64,000 nucleotides of DNA. It comes from Mobula hypostoma. Taxonomy: Eukaryota. How positions within the stretch are numbered: position 1 is the stretch's first letter; each line of letters opens with the position of its first letter. A program made the position numbers and the translations under genes. This document shows positions 10,779 through 23,885 of the stretch, in pieces. The notes beneath the pieces were generated by a model that was not told the origin of the DNA, made no database searches, and was given only the letters and a program-made list of their open reading frames with translations. The stretch is taken from positions 23,932,001 to 23,996,000 of the forward strand of contig NC_086108.1 of assembly GCF_963921235.1 (NCBI RefSeq). The letters run 5' to 3'.

Positions 10779-13700
10779 AAACATAGAAACAAAGAAAATA
10801 GGTGCAGGAGTAGGCCATTCGGTCCTTCGAGCCTGCACCGCCATTCAGTATGATCATAGCTGATCATCCAACTCAGAACCCTGCCCCAGCCTTCCCTCCA
10901 TACCCCCTGATCCCCGTAGCCACAAGGGCCATATCTAACTCCCTCTTAAATACAGCCAATGAACTGGCCTCAACTGTTTCCTGTGGCAGAGAATTCCACA
11001 GATTCACCACTCTCTGTGTGAAGAAGTTTTTCTTAATCTCGGTACTAAAAGGCTTCCCCTTTATCCTCAAACGGTGACCCCTCATTCTGGACTTCCCCAA
11101 CATCGGGAACAATCTTCCTGCAACTAGCCTGTCCAATCCCTTTAGGATTTTATACATTTCAATCAGATCCCCCCTCAATCTTCTAAATTCCAACGAGTAC
11201 AAGCCCAGTTCATCCAGTCTTTCTTCATATGAAAGTCCTGCCATCCCAGGAATCAATCTGGTGAACCTTCTTTGCACTCCCTCTATGGCAGGGATGTCTT
11301 TCCTCAGATTAGGGGACCAAAACTGCACACAATACTCCAGGTGTGGTCTCACCAAGGCCTTGTACAACTGCAGTAGTACCTCCCTGCTCCTGTACTTGAA
11401 TCCTCTTGCTATGAATGCCAGCATACCATTCGCCTTTTTCACCACCTGCTGTACCTGCATGCCCACTTTCAATGACTGGTGTATAATGACACCCAGGTCT
11501 CGTTGCACCTCCCCTTTTCCTAATCGGCCACCATTCAGATAATAATCTGTTTTCCTGTTTTTGCCACAAAAAGTGGATAACCTCACATTTATCCACATTA
11601 AATTGCATCTGCCATGAATTTGCCCACTCACCTAACCTATCCAAGTCACCCTGCATCCTCTTAGCATCCTCCTCAGAGCTAACACTGCTGCCCAGCTTTG
11701 TGTCATCTGCAAACTTGGAGATGCTGCATCTAATTCCATCATCTAAGTCATTAATATATATTGTTAAACAACTGGAGTCCCAGCACTGAGCCTTGCGGTA
11801 CCCCACTAGTCACTGCCTGCCATTCTGAAAAGGTCCCATTTATTCTCACTCTGCTTCCTGTCTGCCAACCAATTCTCTATCCACATCAATACTTTACCCC
11901 CAGTAACATGTGCTTTAAGTTTGCACACTAATCTCCTGTATGGGACCCTGTCAAAAGCCTTTTGAAAATCCAAATATACCACATCCGCTGGTTCTCCCCT
12001 ATCCACTCTACTAGTTACATCCTCAAAAAATTCTATGAGATTCGTCAGACATGATTTTCCTTTCACAAATCCATGCTGACTTTGTCTGATGATTTCACCA
12101 CTTTCCAAATGTGCTGTTATCACATCTTTGATAATTGACTCTAGCATTTTCCCCACCACTGATGTTAGGCTAACCGGTCTATAATTCCCCGGTTTCTCTC
12201 TCCCTCCTTTGTTAAAAAGTGAGGTTACATTAACCACCCTCCAATCCTCAGGAACTAGTCCAGAATCTAAAGAGTATTGAAAAATTATCACTAATGCATC
12301 CACTATTTCTTGGGCTACTTCCTTAAGCACTCTGGGATGCAGACCATCTGACCCTAGGGATTTATCTGTCTTTAATCCCTTCAATTTACCTAACACCACT
12401 TCCCTACTAACATGTATTTCCCTCAGTTCCTCCATCTAACTGGACCCTCTGTTCCCTACTATTTCTGGAAGATTATTTATGGCCTCCTTAGTGAAGACAG
12501 AACCAAAGTAGTTATTCAATTGGTCTGCCATGTCCTTGCTCCCCATAATCAATTCACCTGTTTCTGTCTGTAGGAGACCTACATTTATCTTAACCAATCT
12601 TTTTCTTTTCACATATCTATAAAAGCTTTTACAGTCCGTTTTTATGTTCCCTGCCAGTTTTCTCTCATAATCTTTTTTCCCTTTCCTAATTAAGCCCTTT
12701 GTTCTCCTCTGCTGGGCTCTGAATTTCTCCCAGTCCTCAGGTGAGCCAGTTTTTCTGGCTAATTTGTATGCTTCTTCTTTGGAATTGATACTATCCCTAA
12801 TTTCCCTTGTCAGCCACGAGTGCACTACCTTCCCCAATTTATTCTTTTGCCAAACTGGGATGAACAATTGTTGTAGTTCATCCATGTGATCTTTAAATGC
12901 TTGCTATTGCATATGCACCGTCAACCCTTTAAGTGTCATTTGCCAGTCTATCTTAGCTAATTCACGTTTCATACCTTCAAAGTTACCCTTCTTTAAGTTC
13001 AGAACCTTTGTTTCTGAATTAACTGTGTCACTCTCCATCTTAATGAAGAATTCCACCATATTATGGTCACTCTTTCCCAAGGGGCCTCTCACGACAAGAT
13101 TGCTGATTAACCCTTCCTCATTGCTCAATACCCAGTCTAGAATAGCCTGCTCTCTAGTTGGTTCCTCGACATGTTGGTTCAAAAAACCATCCCGCATACA
13201 TTCCAAGAAATCCTCTTCCTCAGCACCCTTACCAATTTGGTTCACCCAATCTATATGTAGATTGAAGTCACCCATTATAACTGCTGTTCCTTTATTGCAC
13301 GCATTTCTAATTTCCTGTTTAATACCATCCCCAACCTGACTACTACTGTTAGGTGGCCTGTACACAACTTCCACCAGCGCTTTCTGCCTCTTAGTGTTAT
13401 GCAGCTCTACCCATATCGATTCCACATCCTCCCGGCTAATGTCCTTCCTTTCTATTGTGTTAATCTCCTCTCTAACCAGCAATGCTACCCCACCTCCTTT
13501 TCTTTCATGTCTATCCCTCCTGAATATTGAATATCCCTGAATTCCTTGTTACGACTGCTCCTTGCATTGACAGACAAAGCCTTCAGGCTCACTTTTACAA
13601 CACTCTTAGCCCTTATACAATTATGCTGAAAAGTGGCCCTTTTTGATTTCTGCCCCGGATTTGCTGGCCTGCCACTTTTATTTTTCAACTTACTACTTGT

Positions 13701-13823
13701 TGCTTCTACCCTCATTTTACACCCCTCTGTCTCTCTGCACTTGTTCACATCTCCCTGTTGTGAACTAACTTCCTCTCTCCTAGTCTCTTTAATTTGATTC
13801 CCACCCCGCAACCATTCTAGTTT
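10779..13823 (-). mobile_element. CR1 LINE with near-complete ORF2 (APE endonuclease + RT), 5'-truncated, 8-bp TSD
   Basis: ORFs 12904-13482 (VYRPP, IMGDFN, SDHN), 11806-12435 (NYRPVSLTS, QHGF, LDFQKAFD), 11309-11806 (SKFADDTKL), 10873-11631. (TTCTATG)-type tail at 10779. TSD caagatag at 10771-10778 and 13824-13831. Confidence 0.96.
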
Positions 13824-14446
13824 CAAGATAGTGAAATGCTCCTCTTGCAGGATATGGGAAGGCAGCAAGATGTCCAGTGTCCCTGATGACTACAATGGTG
13901 AAAAATGCATCCAGCTGTTGCTGTTAACAAACGGCATTGTGGAGTTGGAGCCAGAACTGGATGAACTCTGGATCATTTAGGAGGCTAATGGAGTGAGAGA
14001 AAGGACATATAGAGAGGTAGTTACACCCAAGATAGGAAACCAGGTGACAGTCAGGAGGGGAAAGGGATTAAAGAGCCAGTGCAAAGTATCCCTGAGGCCA
14101 TCCCCCTCAACAACAGATATATCAGTTAGGATACTGTTGAGGTGGATGACCTAACAGGGGAAAGTCACAGTGGTTGAGTCTCTGGCACTGAGTCTGCCTC
14201 TGTGACTCAGAAGTGAAGAGGCGGGAAGAAGAGGTACATTCTGCTGCTAGGGGGTTCGTTAATTAGGGAAATGGACAGAAGGATCAGTGGACGAAAATGA
14301 GATTCCTAGTTGGTATGTTGCCTCTTGGGTGCCAGGGTCCGGGATATTTCAGATTGAGTCCTCAGCATTCTTTAAGTGAGAGGGTAAACAGCCAGAAGTC
14401 GTTGTCCATGTTGGTACCAATGAAATGGGTAAGATGAGTGATGTTG

Positions 14447-14818
14447 AGGTGATAGAGGCTTAATACCTGATAGATGTGTATAAGATGATGAGAGGCATTG
14501 ATCGTGTGGATAGTCAGAGGCTTTTTCCCAGGGCCGAAAGGGCTAGCACGAGAGGGCACAGTTTTAAGGTGCTTGGAAGTAGGTACAGAGGAGATGTCAG
14601 GGTTATGTTTTTTACACAGAGAATGGTGAGTGCGTGGAATGGGCTGCCAATGGAGGTGGGTACGATAGGGTCTTTTAAGAGATTCCTGGATAGGTACATG
14701 GAGCTTAGAAAAGTAGAGGGCTATGAGTAAGCCTAGGTTATTACTAAAGGAAGTACATGTTTGGCACAGCACTGTAGGCCGAGGGTCCTGTATTTTGCTG
14801 ATGGTTTTCTATGCTTCT
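14447..14818 (+). mobile_element. Short 5'-truncated CR1 3' end inserted in host ORF1, 6-bp TSD
   Basis: MYKMMRGIDRVDSQRLFPR...FFTQRMVSAWNGLP; ttctatg tail; TSD atgttg at 14441-14446 and 14819-14824. Confidence 0.9.
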
Positions 14819-16691
14819 ATGTTGTTCTGCATAGGGAGTTCAGGGAGCTATGTGCTAAGTTAAAGGGTAGGACTTCCAGGATTATGATCTCAGGGTTGCT
14901 ACCCATGCCAAGTGCTTGTGTTGGCAGTTCGTGGTTGAGCCCACTAGAGGATCAGCAATTCTGGATTGGGTGTTCTGCAATGAACCAGACTTGATCGGAG
15001 ACATTAAGGTAAAAGAACCCTCAGGGGAAAGTGATAATAATTTGATCAAATTCACCCTGAAATTTGAGAAGGAGAGCCAAAAGTCAAATGTATCAGTATT
15101 ATAGTGGAGTAAAGGGAATTACAGTGGCATGAGAGAGGAGTTGGCCAGAATTGATTGGAAAAAGACACTGGCAGGGATGATGGCAGAGCAGAAATGGCTG
15201 GAATTTCTGGAAGCAATTTGGAAGGCACAGGATATATACAGCAAAAGAGGAAGAAGTATTCTAAAGGCAAGATGGCACAACCATGGCTAACAAGAGAAGT
15301 CAAAGCTAACATAAAAGCCAAAGAGAGGGCATATAATAAAGCAAAAATTAGTGGACAGTTAGAGGATTGGAAAGCTTTTAAATACCAACAAAAGGTAACG
15401 AAAAAAGTAATTAAGAAGGTAAAGATGGAATATGAAAGTAAGCTAGCTAATAATATTAAAGAGGGTATCAAAAGTTTCTTCAGATACATAAAGTGTAAAA
15501 GAAAGATGAAAGTGGATATCGGACCTCTGGAAAACGGTGCAGAAGAGGTAGTATTGGGGGACAAGGATATGGCAGATGTACTGACTAAGTATTTTGCATC
15601 AGTCTTCATGGTGGAAGACACTATCAGTATGGTGGAAGTTCCATTAAGGATGAGGTCTCAGGATAATTAGCGGCTCATGTTAAAATAGGCCATAGTCAGC
15701 ACGGTTTCTTCAAGGGAAAATCTTGCCTGACAAATATGTTGCAATTCTTTGAAGAAATAACAAGCAGGATAGACAAAGGAGAATTGGTAGATTTTGTGTA
15801 CTTAGGACTTTCAGAAGGCCTTTGACAAGGTTCATGCATGAGGCTGCTTAACAAGCTATAGGCCCATGGTATTACAGGAAAGATTCTAGCATGGATAAAG
15901 CAGTGGCTGATTGGCAGGAAGCAAAGAGTGGGAATAAAGGGAGCCTTTTCTGGCTGGCTGCCAGTGACTAGTGGTGTTGCACAGGAGTCTCTGCTGGGAC
16001 TGATTCTTTTTATCTTATATGTCAATGATTTGAATGATGGAGTTGATGGCTTTGTTGCAAACTTTGCAGATGAGTATGAAGACAGGTGGAGGGGTAGGTA
16101 GTTTGAGGAAGTGGAGAGGCTACAGATGGACTTAAACAGACAAGGAGAATGGGCAAAGATATGGCAGATGGAATATAGTGTCGAGAAGTGTATGGTCATG
16201 CACTTTGGGAGATGAAATGAAAGGGTTGACTATTTTCTAAATGGAGAGAAAACACGAAAAAGTGAGGTGCAAAGGGATTTGGGAGTCCATGTGCAGGATT
16301 CCATAAAGGTTAGTTTGTAGGGTGATTCTGTGGTGAGGAAGGCAAATGCAATGTTAACATTCATTTCAAGGTGACTAGAATATAGTGAGTCTAAGACCAG
16401 AGGCCTCAGAATAGATAGGTATCCTTTTAAAACAGATGAAGTGGAATTTCTTCAGCCAGAGAGTGGTGAATCTTTGGAATTCTTTGCCGCAGGCAGTTGT
16501 GATGGCCAAGTCTTTATGTACATTTAAGGCAGAGGTTGACAGATTCTAGATTGGTCAGGGTGTGAAGGGATATAGGGAGAAAACAGGAGATCAAGATTGA
16601 GAAGGATATGATATCAGCCACGATGAAGTGGTGGAGCAGACTCAATGGGCCAGATGTCCTAATTCTGCTCCTATATCTCAGGTTCTTATAT

Positions 16692-18815
16692 ATCCTTCAT
16701 AATTTGGTATACTTCTAAAGATCTCCCCTCTGTTCTCCTGTGCTGCAGGGAGTAAAGTCAAAAACTTTCCCTAAGTCAGACACTCATCCCAGCAACATCC
16801 TTGTAAATGTTCTTTGTTTTCTTTCAGTCTTATTGATATTTTACCCAGAGGTACGTGACCAGAACTACACCTAATACTCCAAATCTGGCCTCACCAATCT
16901 CTTATACAACTTTAAAATAACATCTGAACTCCTGTACTCAGTGCCCTGATTTTCTAAAGGCCAATGTGCTAACAGCTTTCTTTATGACCCTATCTACCTG
17001 TGATGCTACTTTCAAGGAATTATAGAGCAGTATTTTCAGGCCCCTTTGTCTCACAGCAGTTGTCAATACCCTACCATTCACTCTGTAAGTCCTGCTCTGG
17101 TTTGTTCTCAAAGCTGCAAAACTTCACACTCGTCTGTGTTACATTCCATCTGCATTTTTCAGCCTACTTTCCTAACTGGTATAAATGACACTGCATGCTT
17201 CGATAGACTTCCTCACTGACCACCACACTCTCAACCTTGGTGTAATCTGCAAATTTGCTGATCCAGTTTACTACATTATCATCAAAATCATGATGAACAT
17301 CAATGGACCCAGCACCAATCGCTGCAGCACAGCACCAGCTGAAGGCCTCCAGTTTAAGAGACAACCATCTACTATGACTCTATGGCTTCTCCCGTTAAGC
17401 TAATATTGGACCCACTTAGCAACTTCATTCTGAATGCCAAGCAACATGCTCTTCTGGACTAATTTCCTATGCCGGACTTTGTCAAAAGCTTCGTTAAAGT
17501 CCAGGCAGACTATGTCTACTGCCTTTTCTTCATCAACTTTCTTGGTAACCTCTACAAAAACTCTATAAGTTTGGTTAGACCATATTTAACATGCACAAAG
17601 CCATGTTGACTGTCCCTGATCAGGACCTGTCTATCCAGATACTTATATATCTTTTCCCTTACAGTGCCTTCCAATAATTTACCAACGACTAATGTCAGGC
17701 ACACCAATCTACAATTTCCCAGCTTATTGTTGGGCTGTTTCTTGAAATATAGAACATTAGCTATCCTCCAGTCCTCTGGCAACTCACCCGTAGCCAAAGG
17801 GCATTTTAAATATCTCTGTCAGATCCCCTGCAGTTTCTGCACCAGTTTCCCACAAGGTTTGAGTGTATACCTTGTCAGGCCCTAGGGATTTACTCACCCT
17901 AATTCACCTCACACCACCAGCACCTCCTCTTTCATTTTCAGATATGTTCCATGACCTCACTACTCTTTTGGCCTCAGTTCTATAGTCTGTATCTGTCTCC
18001 TGACTAAATACAGATGTAGCCCCCCCCCGCCCGGCCAACCTTAGGGTCGCTCAGCTCGCTGTCGTCTAGGGAAACAGCCCTCGGCCCCACCAAACTGGGT
18101 AATTAGTTTGTGTGAATGCTGTGTGATGTATCCCACCCCACCCAAATAACAGACAATACACCAGATACGATTAAGTGATTTACAGTTTATAGATATTACT
18201 GGAACTGTATGATTAATAGAGAATAAAACATAAAAGGAAAATAAAAGGCTCCACATTTTATCAAAGTTCAATCTCTTCGTGCACAAACAGTTAGAGCTCA
18301 GGACCCTCCTTCTTCACTCTGCGACCCCTCGGACCACATCGACCTGCCACTTGGGACCAACAACGGTGGTCGACCAGATGCTCCACACGAGTCCATCTCC
18401 TTCTCCTCTCCTTGCCAAACACCCTGGACCTCGGACTCCTGCTCGGGGTCCAACCCCATTAGCGAACTCACAGCACCTGGTCCATCCTCTGTCTCTCTCT
18501 CCCGCCTTCTGCCCAAAAACCCGCGCATACAATATCTTACAGACACACAGAAAGCATAACAACTATCCCAATTGGTTCGTAACATCTTCTTATCAGTAAC
18601 GTGATCCAAACAAACTGCTAGCGGGAGGATTTTCTCAGCAGTTAACATAACAAAGAAGCCCTTTCAATTATAACATAAAAAAGAAGCCTCTCACACAGAT
18701 GAGAAACATTCATTTAATATCTCCTTCATCTCTTTTGGCTCTATGCATAGATGACCACACTGATCCTCAAGAAAGCCAATTTTGTCCCTAGCTATCCTTT
18801 TGTTCTTAATATAGC
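16692..18815 (-). mobile_element. Older CR1 RT fragment, split by a solo LTR
   Basis: MATGELPEDWRIANV...RDSQHGFV, WISKFADYTKV; host sequence is continuous across 18014/18700 (aaatacaga|tgagaaacattc). Confidence 0.85.
18015..18695. mobile_element. Solo LTR (681 bp) with 4-bp TSD
   Basis: Starts TGT, ends ACA; flanked by caga (18011-18014 and 18696-18699); CpG-rich relative to flanks. Confidence 0.88.
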
Positions 18816-19904
18816 TATATATTGCTGTTGCACACTGCATTTTGCTTGCTAATTATATAATGAAGACCATGTCCAAGTTACTTCCAGACAGAATCTACAG
18901 TGTCTGTGTCTATGTTAGGGAGAGAGCTTGGGCAATGATCTTCTGCACTAGATGGTGAGAAATCTCTCTGCAGTAATGGCAGCCTGCCCTGTCTTCTTTT
19001 GTCATGATAATCAAGTCTATGCATCTCTAAACTCTCCTGGCAAGCTCTCATCTTCCCAGTGAAGGGGGATGAGGTTATAAATTCAAGTCAGGAGCCTGAA
19101 CCCAATAAGTTTTAGAATTCTAGTCAGGGCACCAAACTGCTCCAGAGGGCTTGTTTTTTCCCCCCAGTTAGCTTAGGGCCTTGTCAAGTTCCTGGTGTGG
19201 AGTGACTGTGAGGATGGATCACATGACATTGGAAAGATTCAAGAACTCTCATGTTAAGGACAAGCCACAGTTGGAGGGGGCGGGGGGTACTTCAAAACAT
19301 TCCTACCAGTGGGCACAGGCGGACACTCCATGATCAGCTCATCTTCAGTCTTGGTTCCCTGCACGGAAGTGAGCCCTGGCCTTTATAAGAATCTCCTCCA
19401 CTTTTGGATGACATGGTCAACAGCTTTGAAGTTGCATGCATACAAACTAATACAGCATACTGCTATAAATGCATGGTGGTTTAACATTTTGAAATATCAG
19501 TCGGTTCATGCCTTCATAATATAAGCACTAGCTGTAAGTATTCTTCAGCATGTAAGTAAATCCTATTAGTAATTACAAAGGGATTTACGATTTTAATTAT
19601 GAGATGTGGCTACATTTGCAGAGTTGCTAATTTATGAGCTGATAAAGAGACTTCATTTAAAATGGGCTGCCTGTTGCAAGGCATGGTGTGCTATTCAGTG
19701 TGAGTGAATCTACTCCTGGCTTATGAATGCAAAGTGAGGAAGAGACAATGTTGACGATGATAGAAAATTAGAACCTGGAGAACTATGATTTCTTTGTGAT
19801 TTGAGCAGTTAGAAACCTTCATTCAGGGTATAATTACAAGAAATATCACCACTTCATTTCAATGAAACACCATAGTAGCAGAAGCAGGGTCCAGAACTGT
19901 AACT

Positions 19905-21105
19905 TCTACCATATCCAAAAGGATCTTACCACTAAACACATCTTTCCGCTTCCTCCACGCTTCACTTTTGGCAGAGATCACACTCTATGGGTCTCCCTTC
20001 CAAACTGATCTCCCTCTGCTCACTTAAGCTGTAAGCAGGACAAGTGCTACACCTGCCCCTACATCTCCTCCCTCAATATCATTCAGGGTCCCAAGCAGCC
20101 CTTCCAGGTGAGGTGATACTTCACCTGGGAGTCTGTCGGGGTCATCTACTATATCCAGTGCTCCCAGTGCAGCCTTCAATACATCGGAGACACCTGATGT
20201 AGATTGGCTGACTGCTTCGTCGAGAACCTTTGCTCTATCTGCCACAAAAGTTGGTCTTTCCCAGTGGCCATCCATTTTGGTTTCACTTCCCATTCCCATT
20301 TCAACATGTGAGGGGGAAGGTAAGCAGATGGGGAAAGACAGATGAAATGAGAAGCCAGGAAGTAACAGGTGGCAGAGGTAAAGGGCTGCAGAATAAGGGG
20401 TCTGATAGGAGAGGAGAGGGCACCAACTGAAAAAGGGAAAGAGGAGAAGGAGGAAAAGAGATTGCTTTGACAATCACCTTCGCTCAGTCTGCCGCAAAAG
20501 GTGGACTTACCCGATGGCCACCCATTTTAATTCTACTTCCCTTTCCCATTTTTACATGTCAGTCCATGGCCTCCTCCACTGCCACAGTGAGGCCACTCTC
20601 GAGCTGCAGAGAAGCACCTCTTATTCCATCTGGATAGCTTCAAACCTGATGGCATGAACATCAATTTCTCTAAATTCTGATAATTTCTCCCCCTTTCCCT
20701 TCTCTGTTAATCCAGTCCTCATTCAGACTCCCCTCTTATCCCTACCCTTCTCTTCACTGGCCCATCAACTCCCTCTTGGTGTCCCTCCTCCTTCCCTTTC
20801 TCCCATGGTTCACTCTCCTTTCCTACCAGATTCCTTCTTCTTCAGCTCTTTACTTATCATCTCTCAGCTTCTGACTTCATTCCCATTCTCCCGCCCTCCT
20901 ATCTAGCCCCTCACCTGGTTTCACCCATTACTTGCCAGCTCATACTCTTCTCCATCCCCACATCCCATCTTCTTATTCTGGATTTTTCCCTCTCCCTATC
21001 CAGCCTGATGAAGGGTCTTGGCCAAAATGTTGACCATTTGTTCTTCTCCACAGATGCTGCCTGACCTGCTGAGTTCCTCCAGCATATAATGTTTGTTTCT
21101 TTGAA
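19905..21105 (+). mobile_element. Rearranged Penelope-like element 3' part (GIY-YIG remnant, internal inverted segment, tail)
   Basis: ggggtcatctactatatccagtgctcccagtgcagccttcaatacatcggagacacc is the GIY-YIG region, homologous to 36595-36655. 20308-20460 is an inverted 3' UTR piece. Tail has cctgatgaagggtcttggccaaaatgttgac at 21004-21034. Confidence 0.85.
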
Positions 21106-23494
21106 TTTTTAGCATTACAGAATCTATGGTGTTTAAGAAAATACTTGATAACTGTTCTTAACTGAAGGCAGTGCAACAAGAAAAGAGGAAGAACATTGAA
21201 GCAGTTGTCAACTTAATTTATAAAAATAATTTGAAATTGAAATTGCACTTGTGAATACTGAGAAATATATAAGTATTTTCTTTGTATTCCTGCAACCTTC
21301 ATATGAGTATGGCTTAACAATACATGAACAAATCATTAATCATGCAACAGGTAATGTTCAATGACACCCCACATGGGATAGTGGATGTTAACACTAATGG
21401 AATTGTCCTTTAAAGCTTCCATTAATTAAAATGTAATTGATGGAAAGGATGTGCTTAATTTCAAAACACTACCCAATGAACTGAATAAATACCTGGTGCA
21501 TCTTTTGTCTCTTGATTGAATACAACATTACTGAAAGGTCTTCACAAATATAAATACAGCGGCAACAATGGGGGGATTGTAATCAAGAGATAATTAAACT
21601 CCTAATAAGCCTGTCAAGGAACAAACAAATAGATTGAGATGTGGCTCTCAGTCACTGGAACCATGCAGACTTCTACAGCAGGTGAACGCACTCGGGTGTG
21701 ATTTAACTTGACGACAGATTCCTTTGTTTAGTAACACGTGGTACTCTTTTGTCAATTTTACAGAAGGAACATTGCATTGCTATTTAAAATGTATTCGAGA
21801 AGATTTTTCTTTAAATTCTTGTCTTTTTAATTGTCATTTCCTTCCACAGGAACATCCTGCCTTCTATTATTTGTTTTCTCTGCTTCCTGATTCCTCCTTC
21901 ATTTGCCAAATTCCCATTGATTCCCCTTCCCCTAACAATCAGTGGCATGACAGTCTTACTTGGTGACAAGAAGCTACCAGTGCTTTCATGTTCACTTAGG
22001 TGTCAATCACCATAATGTACTATCATAGCTCGTTCACTTTCATCAGCTTAGGTCGAGTTCCTGTAATGAGTTGTCATGAATTGTCACCTCAGGCACTGTC
22101 ACATACCTCCCTGCACATTAATTCATTAAGTACAGCTTGCCGTCCAAACAAATACTGTAGTACTTAAATGCAGCCCACACCTCTTATAACTTGGCACATG
22201 AATATACCCATATACAATCTAGAACAGGCATGGTCCTAGATTAATATCTTCAATCTATTAAATACTATTGCTTTAGCTGATTGTTGGATATTGACGGAAG
22301 CAGATATAACTGGCCAGGTTGGTGCAATTTATATTTTGGGAAGAAGTGTTACTGGTCTGTAGGAGGTTCCAGGGGAATTAAAAAAAAGAAGACATTGAAG
22401 AGTTTGAAACAGGAATATGCAACATTGAGACTGGGGAAAACAGGAGGCAAAATAGGTCAGAAAGAAGAAAGGATAATGGAAGCCTGGTTAGGTGTGGGGT
22501 AGATGAAGGGGAACAGAGATTGGAAGAACATAAGTTCACAGAAACTGGTGGGTGGGAGGCTGCAGAAATATCATGAGAACAGTTAAAATCTGGTCCATGT
22601 ATATCGACTCCACATTATACCTCTTGCATAAATACTTTCTTGTGTAGTCTTACTTCTGAAACTGATAAAGGATAGAATTGGCAGGAACCGATGGTAGTAT
22701 ATGTGCAGCTTGCAAACGGGTTAGGGACTTGTCTTTCAGAAGTCCTTGTGCTGGATCCTAAATCTTTACTGAGCTAGTTGGTCTCAGGGAATGATACTAC
22801 AGATGACCTCAATCAACTAAGGGAGGAGATAAAAAATTAATAGGGTCCCTGCTATGAATTCACTTCCTCCCTGCTGGAAAGTAAATACTTCTGTATATTT
22901 GAGTGCGAAGAAATGTACAATGCTGTTCTTGCTTTGATGCCAACACTTACCAATCCCTTTTTCGAACATCACTCAAGGTTCAGTTATAAGATCCCTTGCT
23001 CCAAGTCAGCAGCTTGTAAATTCAAGTAAATTCAAATCTAGCCTGCCTCTTGACCATAATCAAGTCCATGTTTTAAAGCTATATCTTCTTTTTCCGTAAG
23101 CTGTACTTTTGAACGGTATCATTAATATCCTTATCTAAAACAATAGCATTTCTCCCATTTCTGCATATGATTTTGCTCTCAACGAACCGATAGAGAAATG
23201 GGAAAGCAAATGGTCTCAATCTGCACTAAGTAATTCTCTGAATATAAAAAATATGCATTTCAATCATTAACCAAGTTTTAAAAGGTGTTAGTGTCGGCCT
23301 ACTTAGTCCCCAGTAATCTACTTATCAATATCGAGTTGGATTTCATCAGGATTATTTTGAAAAACTGAAGTCAAAGAGAAAACAAGGTCACACCTCATAC
23401 AAAGGAAGATTGTTGTGGTTGTCTGAGATCAGTCATTCCAGTCCCAGAATATCAGTGCAAGAAAATTTCAGTTGATCAAATCAGTAATGTTTAC

Positions 23495-23885
23495 AACCTC
23501 AAAATCTGATAGATACAAGATGATAAGAGGCATAGATTGACTGGATAGCCAGAGACTTTTTTCTCAGGGCAGAAATGGTTAATACAAGTAGAATTCATTT
23601 TAAGATGATTGGAGGAAAGTATAGAGGGGATGTCAGAGGTAAGTTCTTTACACAGAGAGTGCCGAATGCAGGAACTACCCTGTCAGGAGTGGTAGTAGAC
23701 AGAGGCTGATACATTCAGGACACTTAAGGAACTCGTAGATAGGCACATGGATGATAGAAAATGGAGGGCTATGTAGGAGGGAAGGGTTAGATTGATCTTA
23801 CAGCAGGTTAAAAAGCCAGCACAACATTGTGGGATGAAAGGTCTGTACAGTTCTGTCAAATATGTTCCATGTTCTATGTTCTATA
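23495..23885 (+). mobile_element. CR1 3' end
   Basis: agatacaagatgataagaggcatagattgactggatagccagagac...gttccatgttctatgttctat tail. Confidence 0.85.

Larger units (their letters stand above)
10410..16690 (+). mobile_element. Host CR1 LINE (5' UTR, ORF1 Zn-finger + SGNH esterase-like, internally deleted ORF2) interrupted by two younger CR1 insertions
   Basis: Removing the inserts gives ORF1 from ATG 10763: MTGKIVKCSSCRIWE...DDYNGEKCIQL, LGGSLIR (GDS-type block, ~14248), VVVHVGTNEMG, REFRELCAKLKGRTSRIMISGLLP. ORF2 pieces follow: VVEPTRGSAILDWV, SQHGFLKGKSCLTN, AKFAD. CR1 3' tail ends ~16690. Confidence 0.85.

Noticed and set aside
18279..18648. ORFs of 82-116 aa
   Set aside because: They lie inside a GC-rich solo LTR where stop codons are scarce.
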